From Phaeosaccion multiseriatum (taxonomy: Eukaryota; Protista; Ochrophyta, other classes), in contig OZ218951.1 of the NCBI GenBank assembly GCA_965112735.1, positions 3,348,001 to 3,412,000 on the forward strand: 64,000 bases of DNA, given 5' to 3'. Under the pieces are notes generated by a model, which saw nothing but the letters and a program-made list of their open reading frames with translations, was not told the origin of the DNA and searched no databases. The stretch's first letter is position 1. Every line of letters begins with the position of its first letter. This document shows, one piece after another, positions 55,410-64,000 of the stretch. Position numbers and translations under genes: made by a program.

Positions 55410-55773
55410 GAGAGGGCTTCACTCTTCAAAACGGGTATGCGGGTTTGAAGGTTGGTCCCACGGATCGAATACGAGTTTCAGCCCGATGCGCATGAGGTAA
55501 GCACTAGCTTCAAACCTATTTACGGTACGGTGAGTCTTTACGAGAGGGAGGAAGGCCATGGAGCGCATGGCTGTATGGGCTGAGTCCACGTAGTGCTGCT
55601 ATGTTTCTCAAGCTTCTCTCCATTCTCCCCTCTAACTTCTTCTCCCCTTCTCCTTCCCCCTCTGCCTTCCCTCCCCTCCCTCCCCTACTCCCTCCTCCTT
55701 CCTTCCCTCTCCCTCTTTCAACTACAGGTCACACACAAGCTCCTCTCGGATTACTCCCTTCCCCTATCAAACC

Positions 55774-57675
55774 ATGTTTATGCGTCGCCTCACAGCGAGC
55801 TCAGCCGTCAAGAGCTTTGCTGTGCGGGCCCTCGCCCCCAGAGCAGCAGCTCCTGCCTCCTCTTCCTTCTCCATCAGACAGCTCTCGGACAACATCACGT
55901 ACTCTGGAGGACAGCCGGGAGTGCAGGGTGGCTTTTACGGGGCGGGAGGAGCGAGGGCAGACGCCAACCCCAAGTGAGTGGCCGGAGAGCAATCAATGCA
56001 AGTGGAGGTCAGCGGGACCTCCCTCCCTCCCTCCCTCCCTCCCTCCCTCCCTTTCCGTATGCCCTCCCCTTCCTCGCCTCTCCCCACTCTCATCACATGT
56101 ATGTCGGTTTTCCTTTGCTCTCTCGCATTCTTCTCTCTCCACCTCTGCTCCCTCGCGCTCCCTTCGTTTTCCTCTCTGTCCTCCTCCACAGAGCGCATCA
56201 CCGCCCAGAGGCCGTGGCTGCTGCCGATGACATTCGCCGCCTCCGAGAGGTTAGCGCAGAGGGAAAGGGGGGGGAGGAGGAGAGGGAGGGAGAGGGAAGA
56301 GGGAAAGAGCGCGCGCGAGAGAGAGGGAGGGAGAGGGTGGAAGAGAAGAGAAGAGCGGTGGGGGGGGGGGGGGGGGGGGGAGGGGGAGAGGATGAGAGAG
56401 AGGGGTAGAGATAGGAGAGAGAGCGCGCGAGAGACAAAGGGAGGGCCATGGCGAGAGAGAAGGGGGGGAGGGGGAGAAGAGGGAGGGGGAGAAGAGGGGG
56501 AAGGCGAGGGCGAGTGAGGGAGGGAAGAGATGAAGAAGGAGAAAGAGAGAGGCAGGAAATGGAGAGAGAGACAGGAGAGAGAAAGGAGAGAGAGAGAGAG
56601 GAGAGAGACAGGAGAGAGAGAGGCAGGAGAGAGAAAGGAGAGAAGAAAGAGAGGGAGTTCCGAGGGGCAGAGAAGCGACCGCGAGGGGGGGGGAGAGGCG
56701 AGAGGATGACCCGCTCCAGTTGGGTGGGGGAGAGGGGCAAGGCGGGGGGGTGCCTCTGTGCTGACAGGCGGGGCTTCCATCCTCTTGTCCTCTGCTCTTC
56801 CCTAGCGAGCCAATCACACCCCTCTGACTTTCATACACTCATCCGTCCCGCTCTCCCTCCTGCTCCTCCCTCTCCGCCTCTCTCTCTCCCTCGTGCTCCC
56901 CCCTTCCCCCCCTCTCTCTCTCGCTTCTCTCGCCCACCCCCCCTCTCTCCCCCCCCCCCGCCCCTTGTCTCTCCCTCCCCTCTCTCTTCCCCTCACCCTA
57001 GACCATCAACGATGTGACGGAGCTGGAGCAGCAGCTCAAGAAGATGAAGAACCCTCTGGACTCGCAATTCATTGAGCTGAAAAACTCCATCAGGAAGAAG
57101 CTCTCGGGACGCACTACCATCGACGTGAGTAGTAAGACAGAGGCATGTGGTGTTAGAGCAGCAGAGGCATATGGGTAGAGCTGATCCATGTAGACGCTTA
57201 TGGTGTTATAGCAGCAGAGCAGCAGAGGCATATGGGTAGAGCTAATCCATGTAGACGCTTATGGTGCTATAGCAGCAGAGCAGCAGAGGCATATGGGTAG
57301 AGCTGATCCATGTAGAGCTTATGGTGTTAGAGCAGCAGAGCAGCAGAGGCGTATGGGTAGAGCTGATCCATGTAGACGCCTATGGTGTAAGAGCAGCAGA
57401 GGCATATGGGTAGAGCTGATCCATGTAGACGCTTATGGTGTTAGAGCAGCAGAGGCGTATGGGTAGAGCTGATCCATGTAGAGCTTATGGTGTTAGAGCA
57501 GCAGAGAAGCAGAGGCGTATGGGTAGAGCTGATCCGTCTATCTCTCTCTCTCTCTCTCTCTCTTGTCGCACAGGTACTGAAGCGGCTAGAGATCAACGAC
57601 CAGCCTGTGTGGGGCCTGACGCAAGAGGAGAGGGAGCTGGTCAAAATCGCTAGGCAGATGGTCAACTCGTGCTGA
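55774..57675 (+). CDS. Uncharacterised protein of about 160 aa with a mitochondrial presequence, 4 exons
   Basis: Exons 55774-55973, 56192-56249, 57002-57124 and 57574-57675 splice in frame: MFMRRLTASSAVKSFAVRAL..TYSGGQPGVQGGFYGAGGARA..HHRPEAVA..PVWGLTQEERELVKIARQMVNSC*. Confidence 0.8.
57139..57537 (+). repeat. Intronic minisatellite, about 7 copies of 59-66 bp
   Basis: Unit AGAGCAGCAGAGGCRTATGGGTAGAGCTGATCCATGTAGACGCTTATGGTGTT. Confidence 0.9.
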
Positions 57676-58654
57676 AGGAGCAGCGCTGAGCAGCTGCAGC
57701 TCGAAGTGGAGGCAGTTGTAGAGGGGGTGGAGGAGCGAGAGAGCCCATGGAGGGGGGGGGGGGGGGGTTGTATATATGTGGCATTACGTAGGTAGTAGTA
57801 CATGGTAATTTGGTGTGACTATTGCCCACACGGAGCCAAGGACCAGCAGCCGAGGAGTGGAAGCAGTCCAGTGCATCCTGTGTGCGCACTTTTGACTTTC
57901 CGAAGGAGGCGGCTTCACAAGAGAGGGAGGGAGAGGGGAAGGGGCGGGCGGGCGTCATCTCCAGAAATCAGAGAGGGACCAGAGGGCGAGGGAGAGGGAT
58001 GGACTTGGAGAGAGACCAGAGAGAGCGAGGGACAGAGGGACAGAAGGACACACCTTTCTCATGGACCTGTCTTTGCTCTTGCTTGCTATCGGGAAATGGA
58101 AACAATACAAAAATACGCCATGTGGAAGAAGAATGGAATACCATCTTTGTATTTAGCAGCTGAAAGAAGTGAGAGAAGAGAGACCAGAGAGTGAGGAGGC
58201 ACACACTCACTTGGTTGTTGCCTACAGCGAATGCTCTACTCTGCTGTGGCACAGCTGTCGGCTGCTGTCGGCTGGTGACTGACTCTTTACATCGCTGACT
58301 CTCCACCGCTCGCCAGAAAGACCTCTGTTGAGTTTTCTCAGTCCATGTCCGATGTAGAGAGTCGACCTTTTGTGTCGTGTCGCTTGTTGAGTTGACTCAG
58401 TCCTTGTCCACTGTCGACGGTCGACCTTCTCTCTCTCTCGCGCGCGCACCATGCCATCAGAGCCCCCCCTGTTCCTCCCTTCCTCCCTTCCTCCCTTTTT
58501 CCCGTCCTCCCTTCCTCCCTTTCCCCTCGGTCGCGCGATTGACTCAGAAGGCTCTTGCTCTTGCTCTTGCTCTTGCTCTTGCTCTTGCTCTTGCCTCTGG
58601 TGCGGCTCCTGCCACTTCCGCCCACTGCAGCAGCTACTGCTTTTCCTTGGTGAC

Positions 58655-58701
<47 letters not shown>

Positions 58702-58815
58702 TACTTACTCCCACTCCCTCATTCCCCACTCCGCCACAATAACCCTCTCTCCCTCCTTCCCTCCTTCCCTCCTTCCCTCCCTTCCTCCCTCCCTCCCTGT
58801 GTATCACCAAGTCCC

Positions 58816-59370
58816 TCACTCCCCCACCAACACCTCATAAGCCGCCGTCGGAACAAAGACTTCCTTCCGAAGCCTATCCAACAACCACAGGCCCGTGAGA
58901 GACAGAGTGCCTGCTCTCAACGCACACACTCGTACCGACACCAGGGCCTCTCCGTTGCCACTCACGCGCCCAAGCTCCAAGGAGGCATCAAGAGGCACCA
59001 GGCCTTGTGCGGCAGATAGGGAGCTCGCCCCCCAGCCGGTGGGGGTGCCCGTGGTGGTGGTGGTGGAGGTGGGGGGTGGGGGGGGTGGGGGGAGCACTTG
59101 GAGAGCAGCGGCAGCGGCAGCGGCAGCAGAAGCAGCAGGAGGAGGGAGGCTCTGGCTCCGGCTACTGATCGAAGGCTGTGGGGAGCGACGAGGGGAACGG
59201 GGAGGGGTGTGGGGGTGGAGGAGGAGGAGGAGGAGGGGGGGGGGTGCAGCAAGACGTTGTTTGTTTTGTTGGTGTTGGGTGTTGTCTGGTTTGGACCAAT
59301 GAAAGGAAAGAGGAGGTCAAGAGAGGGGAAGAGACAGAGACAAGACAAGAGAGAGAGAGAGTAACAGAGA

Positions 59371-59422
<52 letters not shown>

Positions 59423-62400
59423 TTGGTGGTGGTGTTGGCCCGGGAGTACGCGGCGAAGAAGTCAACAGGGCCTCCTCCTCTGGCTTGGTCTGTTGAGCAC
59501 CACCGCCCCTCTCATCGGCCGCCGCCTCTCCGGTCTTGCCCTTGCTAGCATCCACTCCGCCCCCCCCTGCTCCTGATTCTGCTCCTCCTTCTCCTTCTGC
59601 TCCTCCTCCTCCTGCTGCTGCGGCTCCTCCCCCTCCTCCTGGTGCTCCTCCTCCTGCTCCTGCTCCTTCTTCTTCCCTTCCCCCCCCTCCTCCTCCTCCT
59701 CCTCCTCCTCCTCCTCCTCTTTGATCGTTCTCTTCCTCCTCCCCCCCCTCATCAAAGTCGTCAAAACACCCTGCGATGTCCGCTCTCATCTGACTCAAAC
59801 TCAACATGGGCGGCCGCCGCCCATTAGAGGCCTCCGTGAGGGTAGTGCTGCCTCCTCCCCTCCCCCCTCCCAAGCCCAACGCCTCCTCCCCTGACGCGAA
59901 TTTGAGCATCAGGTCTTTGGTGTCAGGCCCCAAGTTGCGCACAGACACCTCCACCTTTTGAGGAGTTTGAGTTTGAGTTTGGATGGGGAGGGGGGAGGGG
60001 TGTTCGACAGTCGGTCAGCAGTCAGTCGACAGTTTCAGTTTGTAGTAGGGAAGGGCTGGAAGGGCGTGAAGCTTCGACATGGATCCCATTTTTTTCGATT
60101 GATGAGGTCACATAAAGTGAAAACTGAAGACTGGATGAGCATGCACTATATTCCCACATGCCTGATGGAAAGCGGATTGCAAGCCTTCGAATAACAAGAG
60201 GCCTTCGCAGCACAGCACTCTGCACTAAAAGGACCCAAAGAGCCTCAAACTACACCGAGAAAGCCGTGCATCCTCATATCCCTCTCTGCCTCCCTCCCTC
60301 CCGCCCTGTGTATCACCAACTCCCTCACCTCGAAGGGCACGTTGACTCTCGCTCTGCGCTGCCCCTTGACCTTGACGAGAAGCTCTCTGCGGCTCCTCCT
60401 GCCGCTGTCCAGCTCCGCAAAGTGCACAGACGTCGTCGTAGTGCCTACTCCTCCTCCTCCTCCTCCTCCTCCTCCTCCTCCTCCTCCCTCCTCGGCATCT
60501 GTGACCGCCCAGGTGACAGCAATGGGCACGTGCAATGGCTCTCTGCTGTGGCGCGTAGGCACCGGCCCCGACAGCGGGTTCGGTGCGAGGGTGAGGACGA
60601 AGCCCCTCTTCTCGCCAGGGGCCAAGGCACAGGGGACATCTTCCAGACCCACCCAGGATGGGTCCACAAGCGAGCTGGGGGAGGCAGTAGATGGGTGGGT
60701 GGGTGGATGGCGCAGTGGATGGCAGTGGATGGAGTGAGGCCAGAGGTACGGGGTTTCAGTCGGGTTGCCCTTGCCGGTCCTCTCTCGCTTGTCTACACAT
60801 ATTGAGTAGAGTTCATGTCAGCAGTGGGACACACACAAACACACACACACACACACACGGACAGATGCATGAACTACGCACACACACACCCGCAAAACCA
60901 CACACACACACACACCCGTCCCCCCACCCATCCATTCATCCATCCACCCCCACCCCCCCACCCTCACCCACCCACCCACCCACCCACCTACCCACCCACG
61001 CACCCACCCGTCGGCCCCTTACCTAAAGTCAAAGGAGGCCCCTGAGTACGTCTGCACGCTGTCCACGAGCCCCTCCAGCGGCACCACGCTGCCCCCCTGC
61101 CCTGACCCCCCTCCCCCTGACCCCCCTCCTCCATGCCCCCACATCGCCCCTCCTCCACCTCCCCCTCCTCCTCCTCCTCCTCCTCCTCCTCCTCCTGCTG
61201 CTGCTGCTTCTCCTCCCGCCCAACCGGCAGTAGCGGTGTCCCTCTGTATCATCAGCAGCGCCAAGGCCCTCGGCCCCGCCCTCGCCACGCTCTCCAAGTG
61301 CACATCAAGGTCGGAGATCACAAGGCGTCGACACGGATGCGTATTGGTCACCTCGAGAGACACCAGGCATCGCCGCTGGGCCTCCAGGAAGCAGTTGCGA
61401 CTTGTGACTTGTAAGGGCTGCACCACCCGAAGAAGGGTAGGGGGCGCTGGTCCTGTCCTGCCCACCAGAGCTGTGGTGGTGGCTGTGCTGGCCAGATCTG
61501 AGCCAATGCTGCTGGGCTGCTCGCCCTCGTCGCTCCTGTTACCGCCCTTGAGGACTGCAATCTCCCGGCTCTGGTCGAAGACAGAGTGTAGACGGGAGGT
61601 GAAGTCGCTGGCCTCCTCCCCAGCCCCTGCCCCTGCCGATGATGCTGAGGAAGATGCTGTCCCTTGCACGGGAGGGACGGCAGAGGACGCGGAAGGGGAA
61701 GAGGAGGAGGCGCCGGGTGCAAGTGCTGCCCCTCCTCCCTCGGCGGCTAGCACGAGGGGGTGTGCGAGGCGGGCGAGGAGCATTAGAGGAGAGCTCAACA
61801 CGTCCAAGGCCACGTGCACCTGTCCACGGAACAGTACAGTACAGCACAGCACAGCACAGCAGTTGGTGATACAGCAAAGCATAACACAGTTTAGCCGATC
61901 CCCTCTCCTCTCCTCTCCTCGCCTGCCCCTCTGCCCCCATACCTGCATCTCCAAAGCATACGCTATTGTGCTTGGGGGTAGTCCCGCCGCCGCCACCCAA
62001 GCTCGTCCATTGATTTCGTTGGGGCTGCCGTCGGCACCGTCACTGTCACCGTCACCGCTGCTGATGAGCCCAACAGTGAGGCTCCTGCGTAGGAGGACAG
62101 GGCCGTTTCTGTCTCTGTCTCGGTCTCTCTCCTTGACCGGAGTCGAGAGGTCATCTCTCCGACCCTTCTGCCCGTTTTCTCCTGCAGGGAGAGGGGAGAG
62201 GAAGGGCGTAAGGTGAGGCCTGGGTCCACATCGCTTCCCTTCGAGCCAATCTGTGTGTGTGTGTGGGCGAGGAGAAAGCCCTACCACTGAATGCAACATA
62301 ACAAATGGGGACGGCGAGGTTCCTTCACGTGACTTACTCGTGAGGGTGCGCCCCCCGTCGGCCTGGAGGTACAGCTCCAGTTCAACATCCAGGCTCGGAG

Positions 62401-62986
62401 CCAGGGCTCGCCACCGCTGCTCCCACGCGGCGTCATGCCCCTGGCTTTGTTCGCTGCTTTCCCCCTCCTCCCCTGGGCCCTCTTCCTCCTCCTCCACTCC
62501 GGGGCTTCTAGACGCTCTTCGCGCGACAAGGAGGGCCTTTAGCGTCTCCCCTTGATAGTACGTCCAGAGGTCCTTGCCATTCCGACTCGCCTTTGGGGAG
62601 GGGGTGGGGAAAAGGTCAGGGGAAGGGGAAGGGGGGAGGGAAAAGGGAAGATGAGGCGAAGGAGGGGGGGGGGGAGTTCGTAGACTTGACCTCGACAGAG
62701 CATGAAATGCCTGTGATAATCACGTCGCGTCGAGAAGCCAACGCCAAGGGAGGTGACGTCGCTGATGGGGGGAGCTGCCCAATGTCAGAGGAGGAGTTGA
62801 TAGAGTGAGTATGTGGCGCCGAACCAGGCCGTGAGTTGACTTTGCACTTACTGTATGGCAAAGTCTACTTACTTTATGGGCTTGTCTTCCATCCGTAGTC
62901 TGGGTTGGTTGCTCCCTTGTGCCGCCCACAATGACCAGCTCCAAGACTGCCTGCTCAAAGTCCGGGGGCATGGCTGTACTTGACAT
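58816..62986 (-). CDS. TRAPP complex accessory subunit-like protein (Trs65/TRAPPC13/TRAPPC14-like), multi-exon
   Basis: LWTYYQGETLKALLV; LRVVQPLQVTS..LVSLEVTNTH..LVISDL; PCALAPGEKRGFVLTL; VNVPFE|VEVSVRN; GLVPLDASLELGRV..VSVRVCALRAGTLSLTGLWLLD, a serial Ig-like beta-sandwich pattern. Confidence 0.6.
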
Positions 62987-63206
62987 GGCGCTATGTTCTC
63001 TGCTCAAGACGGCCACCAGACCATCTCGGTTGCCTAAGGTATAACTATGCTCTTCTTCTTCCCCCTCAATGCGAAGCAGCCATCTGTGATATTGAGTGGA
63101 GGCTCAACACGTGCACACGGCGGTTAGGTGGAGTGTTTTGTGTTTTGCGTTAAAAGAAAGGGTACCGAGGTGGAAAGCGGCTGGACGATCTTTATAAGTA
63201 GAGAAC

Positions 63207-64000
63207 ATGTCGACTACATCGTCAATAGGTAGTCCTGGGAGTCGTAGTCCACGGAGCTGCACGGGAAGTCCTAGCAACGCGATTGGCAGTCCAAGCAGTC
63301 CGAGCAGTGTGGTGGGGGGAGGAGGTGGACTGGGCTCTCCAGGTGGCTTGGGAAGCCCCACGGGTGGAACACTCCCTTACTTCGAGGACACTGACTTCTA
63401 TGTTAGCAGCAGTGAAGTGCAGCTCGGACCGGCCATCGGAAGCGGCTCTTTCAGCACGGTCGGTACTCATCTCCACCAATGGTCCACCCGTCCCCCCCTC
63501 CCTTGCTCCCTCCCTCTTTCTCCCCCTCCTTGTCTATACCTGTAATACTTAACACTAACGACTGACTCTGACCTCTGACCTCTAGGTGTATCTCGGACGC
63601 TACTTTGGAGACTTGGTGGCGGTGAAGAAGCAGACTCGCCAGGGAAGAGACTTGGAGAAGTACCTCCTGCGAGAGCTCTCCGTCCTCAAGTATATTCGAC
63701 ACGACAACATGCTGGAGTACATTGGGTGCGTAACAAGCCCAAGCATGCTGATCCACAAAAAGGAAGATCCTGCAAGCAGGACTAAAAGCCGCCGGCAAAA
63801 GGCCTCACGAGCGACCACAGCGCATCAGCGCGCCCTGAGCGAAGAAGGCGTGCAGTACCCTCGCTATATGCTTTCCTCCGCTTCACTTGCCCCAAGCGAG
63901 CAAGCGAGACCACCGGACCACCCGTGCGGAGAAGTTTTAACCCCCTTCCCCTGCACCCGCACCCAACGCCCCCTCCCTCCTCCGACAGGGCCTACAACGT
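63207..64000 (+). CDS. Protein kinase, TKL-like, 5' part only
   Basis: Exons 63207-63458, 63586-63725 and 63989 onward give VQLGPAIGSGSFST|VYLGRYFGDLVAVKK..YLLRELSVLKYIRHDNMLEYIG|AYN. Confidence 0.9.

Noticed and set aside
57139-57537. Regular repeats resembling a CRISPR array
   Set aside because: No unique spacers, no cas genes; lies inside a spliceosomal intron.

Overview
Eukaryotic, intron-rich genomic DNA packed with microsatellites. It is probably from a photosynthetic stramenopile (ochrophyte), inferred from a bipartite plastid leader on a CruP-type cyclase and a diatom-like SLC4. Manual splicing gives 12 genes arranged as six short-gap head-to-head pairs: PREPL/oligopeptidase-B-like S9A peptidase | ankyrin protein; signal-peptide ankyrin protein | BRWD/PHIP-like WD40-ePHD-Tudor-2xbromodomain protein; FNIP-repeat protein | cis-prenyltransferase; CruP | SLC4; rhomboid | small mitochondrial protein; Trs65/TRAPP-like subunit | TKL kinase. 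There are also orphan Tom70-like TPR exons. The most unusual area is 30.0-33.9 kb: a 58-bp-stem pre-miRNA-like hairpin, a headless TPR gene, and an intronless FNIP gene whose near-identical 114-126 bp repeats vary mostly at a two-codon site (TALE-RVD-like). Across the window, two dispersed motifs (GTTGGTGATACA, GGATGGCAGTGGATGG) and the simple repeats show polarity relative to splice sites, and several intronic minisatellites are built from copies of the 5' splice site. Most ORFs in the supplied track are microsatellite or antisense artefacts. All family calls come from motif recognition by eye; no searches were run.
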